Part shown: positions 26,834 through 38,316 of the stretch, piece after piece
Layout of the letters: each line of letters starts with the position of its first letter
Position numbering within the stretch: the first letter of the stretch is position 1
Assembly (NCBI GenBank): GCA_965113315.1
Contig: OZ220363.1
Length of the DNA stretch: 64,000 bases
From: Podarcis vaucheri
Taxonomy: Eukaryota
Strand: one strand, 5' to 3'
Notes under the pieces: model-generated
The model's database searches: none
Seen by the model: the letters and a program-made list of their open reading frames with translations, nothing else
What the model was told of the DNA's origin: nothing
Program-made: the position numbers and the translations under genes

Positions 26834-28745
26834 GTCAGTGTGTTTGTTGGGGAGATGCATTAATGGAATGGCAGCTTGGCTTTAGAAATGTACCACACAC
26901 CCATGGATGACACTTGTGCTCACCACTGATGCTTCCTTACACCGGATTAAATTTGCCACATAATAATTACAGGTGCACCTTTTCTGCTGGACAGAATAAG
27001 ATTAGAATACAAGCAGATGGTATGAAAATGACAGCGTCTTTTTCATTTCTGTGCTGGCTCAGAAAACTTAGGAGTGGATCTAGTGAAGTGTTTTGCATAT
27101 AAATTTACCAGTGTGCCATCATCTGTCATTAGAACAATAGAAATTCCATTAAATCTATAGGCAATACTTCTCCTATTAGTATGTTTAGAGTATTTTTAAA
27201 AGTAGTAGTCATTAAGATCCTTTCTCTATTACACCTATCACGTGCTTCTTTCATATCAATCCATACTTTAAGCTTCCACTTCAAAATGTGTCAGGGTGTG
27301 GGCACTAAAATCATAGCAGGGTCAAACTTCTTTAAGCTATCTCATTTTACTACCCATTGTCTAAGTGATGCCCTGGTAGTCATTTGAATTGTTTTTAAAA
27401 AGCAAAAGAGTTAAGAGGAGAGCAGTGATGGATTTGTAGGAAGGTTACTGTACATATACAGATCCCTTCTTATTTCCAGACTGCCTACAGGTGTAAAAGA
27501 GAAACCATCCCATCTGATTCAGAGCTTAGTTATGGAATCTGAAAGCAATTAATTACTAATCTAATTTGGGGCGGTGGGGGGGGGGAGAAAGACTGAAAAT
27601 GTGGGCAGTTCATTAGTTTAGCTACAAAGAGCTGCTGTAAATAGTATTTCCTTCTGTTGAAAGGACAATCCCTTAACTCCTTCCACTTCAGGAAACAGTG
27701 GGCAGAAAGTATCTGTCTCATACTACATTCAAGGACAGAACAGGTTATTATACTGGGTTTGCTTGTTTTTTGGCATTTGGAGCTATTGCAGAGTATTAAT
27801 CAGGCTTCCATACCACCCTTCTTCTTCCAAGACAAGCCAAAATTGAAATTCACAACGTGATCACTTTTCTCAGAGTTCAATGTCTGCTTCTCTTTCTTAG
27901 CTATTTAGCCACAGTGACCAATAGAATGACCTTCTTATGCTTGCCTCTTTCATATGTTCAAATGAACATGGGCTGCTGTGGTGATGATACATTCTTGGAG
28001 GAGTCTGGGGTGATGCATCCCCTGCTTTCTTTTGTAGCTGTAATCCACCAGTTGCTAATCTGTTCCTTGATTCTGTGAGGAGCTGATAAAAATGAACTAA
28101 AGTAAATCTGCAGAACTAAGCCATTTTTCATCTCTGATTGGATTACTTTTAGAGCTGTAGAAAAGAACAGATCAATGACAGTGTAGGGCAATAATAATTA
28201 TGTAGTTTGATACTGAGTGTGCCATACAGTTGCTATCACTAAAGGGGTTGAAAATGCTGCAGCCTAACATAAAATCTGTACTTTAAAAATATATATTTCT
28301 TTGGTTAATATTGCTCAAGAACTCAAAAAAAGAGTCTGCACTCGTATACATGAGTATCTTTTTTTAAAAAAAATGCACACACAATTAAGATGGGTTTTTA
28401 AGATACAGTTTTAGGGAGAAGGCTTACTAAAATATATGGAACTGTTTATACATGTTAAGCAGTAGACATAAACTTTAGGCAGCCTCTCACATTGTCATTT
28501 TAAGACATAAGATATTTCCTATGAGGAGACAAGCAAGGAGAGTAAGCTACTTTACGCAGTGGATATAGGTCCCCTTATTATTTTTATAAATATATTTCCA
28601 TACCACTGTAACATGAAAATATAACACAGCAGTTTACAACAATATAAAAACATAAAACCAACCAATAGCATCATAAAAGTAAAAATACTAGCACATTTAC
28701 AAAACTAAGCAGGGTCCAATATGGTTTCAAATGGGGACTGCAAGT

Positions 28746-28819
28746 TGAGATTCCTACATTGCATAAGGTTGGACTAAATGACCCTAGGGTCCCTTCCAAC
28801 TCTTATGATTCTGTGATTC
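28746..28819 (+). mobile_element. CR1 3' tail fragment
   Basis: tgagattcctacattgca...gtcccttccaactcttatgattctgtgattc. Confidence 0.8.
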
Positions 28820-29868
28820 AGGATTAAAACAAAAAAAACAACAACAATATCAATAGACCATTGTAGGGGATATACACTTAGTTGCCTTAATTAGTAAGCT
28901 TGGCTGTGACAGACAGAAAAAGCTGGGACATTCTCTTTCACTCGCCCCATAGAATTTTATTTAACTGAAGCTTGCACAGAAGAATCTGTTGGTAATCCCC
29001 CCTATTAATTAGTGAACCAGAATATGAGTTGAATTTACCCCCTTAGCCACCAAAATGTCCTGGACTGGTCCTTGCTTGTACCTCAAAAGAATCCCGTTAG
29101 AATGTTTCATTTGTGAGTCTAGAGACAGCTCAAGGATATGTACCACAAGAACCTCTTGCAGCCCACCTTTCAGATTTCAGTTCTAAGAAATCAATAATGT
29201 GACCTGAGCATTCTGAAAAAGTCATAGGACTGCTTTTAGGGGAGGCTTTGGTGACCTAAAATTGTAATACCATTGAACAAAGAATAAAGATGCCTCTCTG
29301 GAATAGAACTGTATGGCAGAATCGTCAAATACCTTTTGTTTTAGTATAGTATGTCCACCCCAGGCCTAAGGCATCACTGACTGTGCTCCAAATAAATGTT
29401 GTATAAGTGAGCAGGTGAGTGTGGGAAGTACAAGGTAGACATTTGTGAGTCTGGCCACTATTGGTGCCAAGGCATGGCGCTTGTTCCTTCTGCATTTACG
29501 AGGATACATTTAATGACTGGGTATCTAAACTGTTGTCAGCTGCATGACTTGTAATTGTTCCCCCACTCCCGTTGTTTGGGCTTTGAACAGTGTGGCCTGA
29601 AGTGCTCTGCACTGTATCTGTATCTATGTGTTGGAAATATAATATTTTTTTCTGTTGATTTTTGTCCACACACCCTTAGTGAGCCCCTTGTGTTAAAGAC
29701 TGCCCACTCTCTGCTATTTTGTTTTTTCCCCCCAGTTAACTCTGAAGTGCTTCATACTAGGGAGCTTATATCACTGTGATGGAGTAGCCAGTTGAATTTG
29801 CATTGACTTGCGTCTGCATGTACTCACTGAGCCACTGAGGGTAACGACCATCCTCCTTTTCTCCGCAG

Positions 29869-29984
29869 CCATTCTGAGTGAGCTGCTGCAGAGAGAGAAC
29901 AGAGTTCTTCACTTCTGGACCTTGAAGAAACGGCGATTAGATCAGTGCCAGCAGTATGTGGTCTTTGAGCGTAGTGCTAAGCAG
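29869..29984 (+). CDS. KALRN: KALRN exon: (A)ILSELLQRENRVLHFWTLKKRRLDQCQQYVVFERSAKQ
   Basis: ttctccgcag| acceptor, CAG|gtagct donor, 116 nt. Confidence 0.95.
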
Positions 29985-30072
29985 GTAGCTTAATAAAACT
30001 CTGCTTTCCCCTCTTGTTCTGTTGTTACGGCTGACAGGTAATAATGGACTGTGTAATAGATTAGTTGTGGGA

Positions 30073-30290
30073 AGGGTTGTATCTCAGGGACTGCAGACTT
30101 TGCATTATGAGACCCCATGTTCAATCCTTTGCATCAATCAAGACTGGAAAACTTTTTGTTATGAGGTGCCATGTTCAATCCTTTGCATCAGCCAACACTG
30201 GTAATGACCCTGGAGAGTTAGTTTCAAACCTGACACTAGTTGAAACTGACAGTGTGAGCTGGCTAGGCCATTGGCCTGAATAAGGCTGCC
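30073..30290 (+). mobile_element. Degenerate tRNA-Ala-like SINE with an internal 54-nt tandem duplication
   Basis: Similar to 17914-18092; ccatgttcaatcctttgcatca occurs twice with period 54. Confidence 0.5.
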
Positions 30291-30595
30291 AGACTGCAAA
30301 CCAGAAATAAACATGTTGCCTTGTACATGCTGAATGCTGTGGGAGAAATTGTTAACTGCTCCCACCTGTTTCTTTCCTGGGTCTCCTAGCAGTTGGTCTC
30401 AGACCTCATCTGTTGTAGGGCAAAACAGAAGTTCTTCTTGTTTCAGTAGATGGAGAAGAAGGGTGAGCCTATATTCCGGGGGGGGGGGGAGCGGATGTGA
30501 CGAGAAGCCTAACATTGGCAACCTCTCACTTCGTCTGCACTACATTAATCTCTGGTATGAAGTCTTGCAAGACTACTACGGTCAAGATCAAGCAA

Positions 30596-30678
30596 GGAGT
30601 CTCATAGCACCTTAAAGACTAACAAATTTATTACCTCTTCAGCTATTGTGAGCTCAAGTCTGCTTTGCCAGATGCAAG
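30596..30678 (-). mobile_element. Old Penelope-like pLTR remnant with a decayed hammerhead
   Basis: Shares tagcaccttaaagac with the 1813-1827 copy; the core is mutated (CUGGCAA...CAAUAGCU). Confidence 0.6.
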
Positions 30679-30967
30679 GAAAAATATATCGTGTGTAAGT
30701 GTCTGTGACCACATAAAATTCAACGCAGTGGACAATCAGTCCCTACTGTGCTACATTTTGCTTGCTTGTTTACTGTGTAAAGTGTTGTTAGACTTGAATT
30801 TGAGGCCTGCCTGTCAGGCTTCTTCCTTTCTGAGGGCTAGTGGTGCTCTTCAACTGCAATAGAACTTGAATAATTAATTTTGAAATATGCCAATGAGAAC
30901 TGGTTGCATGGGTGAAAACTAGTCACCTTGTTTTTGTTCATTTGGTCCCCCACCCTCCCATTTGTAG

Positions 30968-31090
30968 GCCTTAGACTGGATTCAGGAAACAGGAGAGTAT
31001 TATCTTTCTACTCACAACTCTACGGGGGAATCAGCAGAAGAAACTCAGGAACTTCTGAAAGAATATGGAGAATTCAAAGTACCTGCCAAG
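30968..31090 (+). CDS. KALRN: KALRN exon: ALDWIQETGEYYLSTHNSTGESAEETQELLKEYGEFKVPAK
   Basis: tttgtag| acceptor, AAG|gtaaac donor, 123 nt. Confidence 0.95.
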
Positions 31091-32130
31091 GTAAACCCTA
31101 CTATTGATTTTATAATTTCATGAGCTTCCTTTGGTAGTTTCAGTTAAGGAAATGTAGTAAATGTATACAACTCACAGGATTTAGTCTCAGTTACACTATT
31201 ACTTATCTACATGCATCATTTATTACTAAATAAATGTATAACATGATATATTTAATAGCTCTGAATGTTATAAATGCTCCCCCCCCATTTTGAAGTCTAT
31301 GGCTGAGATCCCAAAAAAATACTAATAATGCAATCTTATGTGTGTCGAGTCCCATTGAGTGTATATAGGATTGCAGACTGAGGCTCATAGAAGGGGCCTG
31401 TTTTCCTTTGGAAGCTCACTCCATGCATTATCACAAATGTCTTTTAAAACTCACCTCAAATACAAAAGGAGCTTGTGATGTGGCATGGAGAACAATTTCT
31501 TGAGGAAAACAACTCTAAAGCCTCCTTTTGCTAATGGAGCTAGTTTCAGAATTCTCTTGTATACTGACCAATGATATTAATTATTTCTAAAGAACTACCA
31601 AACTTCAGAATGACCTCAGAATATTCTGCCCTTGTTTTCTCAATTCCAATATCTTCCTGTTTGGGGCCATCAAGCTCTGCAGACTCCCTGCTATCACTTT
31701 GTACCCACATCCCCATGCTCATCTCTTCCTGACAAGTTCCATTCCTGTCTGCCACAGTGTCCATTTGAAGAGAAATTCTGACCAAGCAGGTCAAAATTAA
31801 CACCCATAAGCAGAATGGTGTTATTACTCTCTGCTCACATTTCCACTTTCAAAAGATTGCTTCAGAACCAAACAATTCTGCAAAGTATTGCAACCTGTAA
31901 CAATTAAGTTCCATTGAGTAGTACTGAGTGGCAGTGGGAAATTCAGAACCATTTTGGATAATAAATGAAAAGATTGCACTCCACCTACACTATGTCTCCA
32001 AAGATCTCAGGAACATTTTGTGTTAGTGATGCTTGTGAAGAATACGAGGTCCATATGGTTATTATGTGAATGAAAATTGAACAAAATGTCCATGGAAGAT
32101 ATGATAACCAAGGAAAACTCTTTTGGGCAG

Positions 32131-32313
32131 CAAACCAAGGAGAAAGTGAAGCTTCTCATTCAGCTGGCTGATAGCTTTGTAGAGAAAGGGCATACTCATG
32201 CCACTGAAATTAGGAAATGGGTTACCACCGTCGACAAACGCTATCGGGACTTTTCACTGAGGATGGGGAAATACCGCTACTCTTTGGAAAAAGCTCTTGG
32301 AATCAATACAGAG
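32131..32313 (+). CDS. KALRN: KALRN exon (last spectrin repeat): QTKEKVKLLIQLADSFVEKGHTHATEIRKWVTTVDKRYRDFSLRMGKYRYSLEKALGINTE
   Basis: ttttgggcag| acceptor with a weak pyrimidine tract, GAG|gtactg donor, 183 nt. Confidence 0.94.
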
Positions 32314-33549
32314 GTACTGTAAGTCACATGTTTTGCTGACATACTTTAAACAAATGAAAAAACCTTAGCGGTATTAGCACTGTCTTATGTGGAAATGCTT
32401 TCATGCATTACATAGCCAGCCTTACCTTGCAGTGGCATAACACAGAGCACACTAGGTGTGGATTTTGTGACACAAATTTGTTCCTTTGTGACACAAAGGC
32501 TAGACAAGATGACAGGGGAATGATTGGTTGGGTGCCCAGGAAGTTGCTATAAGGAGTAATCAAGTAGACTTCCAGGTATAAATTCATGTAGATGATGATC
32601 AGTCAACATAAGACAAAATGGTAATTCATTCAAAATAGCGGGGCAAATCAATGATTAATCTGTAGTTAATTCCTACCTGGCGCTACTTGTGAAAAGCTGC
32701 AGATTTTACTGGGCTGCACATGGCCTGTTACATAGCTTTTCATGTTGATGGCACTGGCCTTGTGTATGTACATGTTTGACTTGAGTCCCACAGAGCTAAA
32801 TGGATGCTATTCTGGGTAAATCTACTGTTTTGCAGTCCATTCTGTTACAGCCAGCAGGACACGTGAAGAGCGGATTTAGGTTACCATGTATAAGCCAGGG
32901 CAGCGTTAATTTTTAATTATTGCCTCAAAAATTCACTTCATAACTATTCAAGTGAGAAAGAGGGATTGGATCCTAATTTCCATATGTGAGTTCCTCTGAC
33001 AGTCACCTTCACCTTCTTGCTATGGCCATTTTGGCTCCTAAAAATCTGCTCCTGAAGATTGGAAGGCCTTCTGGGAAAGGATCGGATGCCGTGAAGCTGA
33101 CTGCAGCAGAAAGGGGGGATTGGCAAAATTGGGCACTTACCTAGTGCAAACAACAGTGTGCTTCTACTCACACAGGGGTCAGCGCCAATGTTTTTATTCA
33201 GATCTGGTTCATTTGAAGGAATAATGCAATAAAGATGTACCAAGTAAATATCGTTTATGAAATTTGAGCAAATGCTGTCATTTGGGGAAAGTAGAATACA
33301 ACCCTCAGAGGCAATATTGCAGAGCAGACAAAATGTGTCTGCTTGCTGCCACCACTGATGTGTCCCAGGATTCCCATGAGGAAAGCCATCCCCTTCCTAA
33401 AGTCAAATGAGAGGAAGGGGTGCTGATGAAGCCTAGCAAATTGTTTGGGGAAAAGGACTGAAACCCTCCTACCACCTGCCAAATATGTGATGCATTTAGC
33501 CAGTCATTAGTAGGTCTGTATGTGCAGTTGTTTGTTTGATTTCTTTTTC

Positions 33550-33628
33550 TTTTTCCTTTCCTTTCCTTTCCTTTCCTTTCCTTTCCTTTCCTTTCCTTTC
33601 CTTTCCTTTCCTTTCCTTTCCTTTCCTT
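33550..33628 (+). repeat. (TTTCC)n pentanucleotide microsatellite
   Basis: About 15 perfect units, roughly 100 nt upstream of the 33733 acceptor. Confidence 0.95.
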
Positions 33629-33732
33629 TTCTTTTCTTCCAGCCCTATATCCTTTTCTTTCACTTTGTAAATATGCTTACTTTTACAAAGCATAGAAATG
33701 TATTTTAAATCCAAGACACTACTCTTTTTCAG

Positions 33733-33851
33733 GATAACAAGGACCTGGAATTAGACATCATTCCAGCAAGTCTGTCAGATCGCGAAGTGAAGCTGCGTGA
33801 TGCCAATCACGAAGCTAATGAAGAAAAAAGGAAGTCAGCCAGAAAGAAAGA
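33733..33851 (+). CDS. KALRN: KALRN exon (spectrin-DH linker): DNKDLELDIIPASLSDREVKLRDANHEANEEKRKSARKK(E)
   Basis: tttttcag| acceptor, AGA|gtaagt donor, 119 nt. Confidence 0.95.
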
Positions 33852-34388
33852 GTAAGTGGTGGGAAATGGGCACCTCACAAAACATAGCACATGAATGACA
33901 AACAGCAGCAGTTCCATGTGAACAATTCACCAAGCCCACCTATTTGTGAGGCAGGTGAGATAGCCTTGCAGGAATGTTATGCAAACAAAAGACCAGAGTT
34001 TGGAGAGAAGTAAGATATGTGGGATAAGTCCATGCCTGATAAATTAAAAACGTAATTGTTTTTTCTCTCTATGTGTGTGTAACTAAATACTAATTTATTC
34101 TTATTTATCAAGATAGAAACTCATATTTATATAACCACAACAAGATTAACAACATTTATACTTGATTCTAGAAATTTATTGAATTATGCAAGTATTATTC
34201 TAATTACTTAAACATGCAGAGATGGCTACAATACATAAATCTTCAAACATGATATGATACATTCTAAATGTATTTCCATAATCTCGGGAGAAAATACAAA
34301 TATGCTAGAGACTAAGAACTAATGTAAACTGATGGGAAGGGAGAAATGGCTTGAGGAATTACATTTTATTTACTTACTTATTAACACT

Positions 34389-34537
34389 TACCGTACTTTT
34401 ATGTGTATAAGACTTTAAAATAAGGTTAAAAATCTGGGGGCATCTTATACACAGATAGTGCATATGCCCATTTTAAATTTGGGGTCCCCAAAAGTAGGCG
34501 GTGTCTTAGACATAGGGATGTCTTATACAAGGAAACA
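34389..34537. mobile_element. Partial pogo/Tigger-like MITE
   Basis: TA|CCGTACTTTT...GTATAAGAC end and complementary GTCTTATAC near 34520. Confidence 0.55.
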
Positions 34538-34894
34538 TAAAGTATATCTCACTTTTCCTCCAAAGAGCTCAAGACAGTATACACAATTTCCTTTCCCCTG
34601 TTTTATCTCTGCAGCAATTCTGTGAGATAACTTAAACTGAGATAGTGTCTGGCCCAATCCAATGTCACCCAGTGTGCTTTGTGGCTTAGCGTGGATTTGA
34701 CTGAATATCACCAGTCCCAGGCTGATTGCTACATCATAGAGGAGATACTTAAGTTCTCTTTTCATACATTACAAAAAACTGGAGAAAGCAGAATAGTATC
34801 CACACTTGCTTAATGCATGCATGAAGCAGTCCCTACACTTCCAGTTTGTAATCCCTCCATCCCTTAACATGAATGCTTTTCTAATTTGGAAATG

Positions 34895-34999
34895 ATACAA
34901 TTGTTGAGTTGGAAGGGACCACAAAGGTCATCTAGTCCACCCCCCTGCAATGCAGGAATCTTTTGTCCAACGTGGGGCTTGAACCCATGACCTTGAAAT
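34895..34999 (-). mobile_element. 5'-truncated tRNA-Lys-derived SINE with CR1 3' tail (P.s.1/SINE-like)
   Basis: Reverse complement atttcaaggtcatgggttcaagccccacgttgga matches the 3' half of tRNA-Lys(CUU) with its B box, fused directly to the CR1 tail agattcctgcattgcagggg... Confidence 0.75.
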
Positions 35000-35205
35000 G
35001 TTATAATATGTGATGAGATGGTCACATAAACAATATTTTATTCTTTCATTTACAATGTGCAATTTAGGCAGCCCAGAAAGATAACGACTACAATATTCTG
35101 TACACTTACTTTCAGCAAATATCCATAGCATTGGTCTACGTAACGTTGAAAGTATTTTTCTTTCTTTCTTACGAAGAATATAACAAAGAGAGAGTTTGTG
35201 TTTAA

Positions 35206-35316
<111 letters not shown>

Positions 35317-35736
35317 TAAAGACTCTGTACTGTTTCTGATGGCTGGTGGTCATAATAACTACCACCATGATGTGGTGTTGTGGTCTTCAGTTACGGCAGG
35401 GTTTTCAAGGATTATAAACTTGCCTAGATGAGACCTGTGTGGAGGTTTGCTGTACTGTGCAGGCTGGTTCATGATGTTTGTGTTTCAACAATCTGAAAAT
35501 GCAAAAGCCTTTGATATTTTCTACAGGTAGAATGGAAGGTGGGTGCAATGTATGTGTTCAAAACTGATATATTACTCTTGCTGTAGACATGCAACACCAT
35601 AAGTAATATACAGCTTTTAATGTTGTATTTTTAAATTGTTTGTGGTGAAGCGTGGGTAAGAAATGTAATTATTGTTATTAAGACAAAAAGCTAACATTCA
35701 GTTTGGACCTCAGAAAAAGGTTTTGTATGCATAGCA

Positions 35737-35737
35737 A

Positions 35738-35790
<53 letters not shown>
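35737..35790 (+). repeat. (AAAG)n followed by (AG)n
   Basis: Seen directly. Confidence 0.95.
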
Positions 35791-35791
<1 letters not shown>

Positions 35792-36059
35792 AACGGTTAT
35801 GGTAACTGAACCTTTGAACTAACTGAAGATGTGCCTGAACATCAAACATCTATCTTTGAATATGTTGAGATATTTCTTATCACTGAAACATCCACATTCA
35901 TTGTTTTGGTTTATTAGTTGTGTTGGTTTTTATTATCATCTTTTAGCTTAGAACTCCATGTTTTCTGAGATATTCTATGCCTTTGGCAAGAAAACTGCAA
36001 GGTCTTTTCTTTTGTTGTGCACTTCTTCTCTGTGTTTAAGAACTGCTGTTGTCTTCTAG

Positions 36060-36169
36060 ACTTATCTCTGGGAAATGACAAGTGGAGTGGAGGAGATACC
36101 CCCAGGGATTCTTAACAAAGAGCACATAATTTTTGGCAACATCCAGGAGATTTATGACTTTCATAATAA
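36060..36169 (+). CDS. KALRN: KALRN exon (DH1): [36 protein letters not shown](N)
   Basis: cttctag| acceptor, TAA|gtacgt donor, 110 nt; IFGNI DH motif. Confidence 0.95.
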
Positions 36170-37312
36170 GTACGTATTCTTCAACACTTTGAGAAAGCTA
36201 CCCTTTTGGAAGCTTACCCTGTTTTGCAAAGCCAGGAACCAGCATTGAGGCCAAGTGCTCCTCTCCTTTGGCATCACACACTGGATCTGGTGGGTAGACC
36301 CTGGCTTATTATTTAACAGTAAGCTACAGTTCCCTGGTTCAGACATAACAAGAACAAATTCTGGATTAATACAAGCCAGGATCCTTATGCTGAAACCAGT
36401 GTGCCCTGAGATACAGAGCAGAGGAGGGACATGGAGAGGAGCACTCAGTCCCAATGCTCGTTCATAGCTTCATATATAATTGATTATGAAGTGTCAAACA
36501 ATTTGCAGGAGTGGGCTAATGTGTGGCAAGAACAGGTGCTGAGCTATGGAGGAGGAAAATAACTGTGCTATAGATTTTAACATGAGAAATATTGGGCAGC
36601 CCTGGCCTACCTGCTTATGCAGGCTGGAGACATGTTCTGTGCGATGTCACTCCCCACTCATCTGCTCAGACCTACAATGTCTAGCAGGAATAAGACAGTT
36701 CAGGGATATCTAGTCCCAACTTTGAAACTCACACTCTACGTAATAAGGAAATTGCCATGGCAATTATGTTAAGTATTACAGCCAGGTATGTGTGGCCTCT
36801 CTATGTGGATAAGGTAACCAAAGCTCAGTAACTTGCATTCACCTACCATGAAATGTGACTTTCTGTACTAAAAGAAGAGTTGCTACTGAATGTCTCATAA
36901 AGAAAAAATCAAAGTGAATTTGAAAGGTCCTGCTCAGCTGAAACATCTATAGCAAGGATAGGGAACACATGAGCTGTTGGCCTCCACAACTTCCATCAGT
37001 CCCACCCAGAACACACAGTGGTCAGGGATTATGGGGACTGAATCAAGTTTGTAGGAATTTCAAGGAGAAGTGAAATAATTTCTTTAAGATTATTGAAATG
37101 TCAGAGGTTGAGGTTTGCACATCTGTAATCTACTGACAGATTTTACGCTCAGCAACATTTGAGATGAATTTGGAGGGTCCTTTCTTCTGTGAAATATATG
37201 AAAGCATTTTTCATCATCCAGCACCTGCTTCTACTAGGTGGTTGTGATTTTCCCCTGAGTCACTCAACCAAATAGCGTTGGAGGGTGTACACACTTTAAT
37301 ATCTTGTATTAG

Positions 37313-37495
<183 letters not shown>

Positions 37496-38226
37496 TAACA
37501 GGGACTGAGTAGCTTTAAGTAGGCCAAAGTAGTGGACTGTGCAGTTCTTCAGGCAGTACTTTGTTGAATGGTAATTGAACCTTTATAGAAAGTTTTCCTC
37601 AAACATTAATTTCAGCCATCTAATAAGTCCGCTATTTGCAAAAGGTTGCAAATCATCACAGGACTTCTGCCAATGGACAATCAGATCAATATAACACAAA
37701 TGCAACTTAAAATTTGAAATTCCAGAGTTCATCTGCTAATATAGATTTGTTTTGATCAAATAACTTCTATGTACTAAGTACAAGTTTAAGACAGATCCAG
37801 AATTTTTAAGGTGTACAGTACCATAGGTAACAGCAACATTTATATTTCGATTTTTAGAAAATCTCAGTTCCTAATTTAATTATTTCTAAGCACCTCATCT
37901 TACATATTGTGCAAGATATATTTCTGTGGCAAAAAGGACTTTTAAATAGACACTGAAATATGTCAGTGGGCACTATAGATAAAATTTTCAAAAGGACACA
38001 CATTTAATTAATAGGAAAGGCAATCATGATTTTCTTGTAGATTTTTTTCTACTAGTCTAACATACTCTGTTATACTTTTTATTGTTCCTTTCATTTGCAG
38101 TACATTTCTAATTAGAGGGGACAGGCATAAAGTATTCATTTATTCTGTGGAAGTTGAATCGGAAATAGTGCAAGTACAACTCTTGATCATCTTGCCTTTC
38201 CCCCCTCTTGGTGTTTATTTTCACAG

Positions 38227-38316
38227 GCAGATAAATTTCAGATGTATGTTACCTACTGTAAAAACAAGCCTGACTCCAGCCAGCTAATCCTAGAACATGC
38301 AGGAACATTCTTTGAC
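38227..38316 (+). CDS. KALRN: KALRN exon (DH1): [30 protein letters not shown]
   Basis: ttcacag| acceptor, GAC|gtaagc donor, 90 nt. Confidence 0.95.

Noticed and set aside
30641-30675. Third functional hammerhead
   Set aside because: Both catalytic boxes are mutated (CUGGCAA, CAAUA); inactive remnant.
33496-33714. Repetitive KGKER and FLSFP ORFs
   Set aside because: Translations of the (TTTCC)n microsatellite.
34962-34999. tRNA-Lys gene
   Set aside because: Only a mutated 3' half, fused to a CR1 tail; it is a SINE, not a tRNA.
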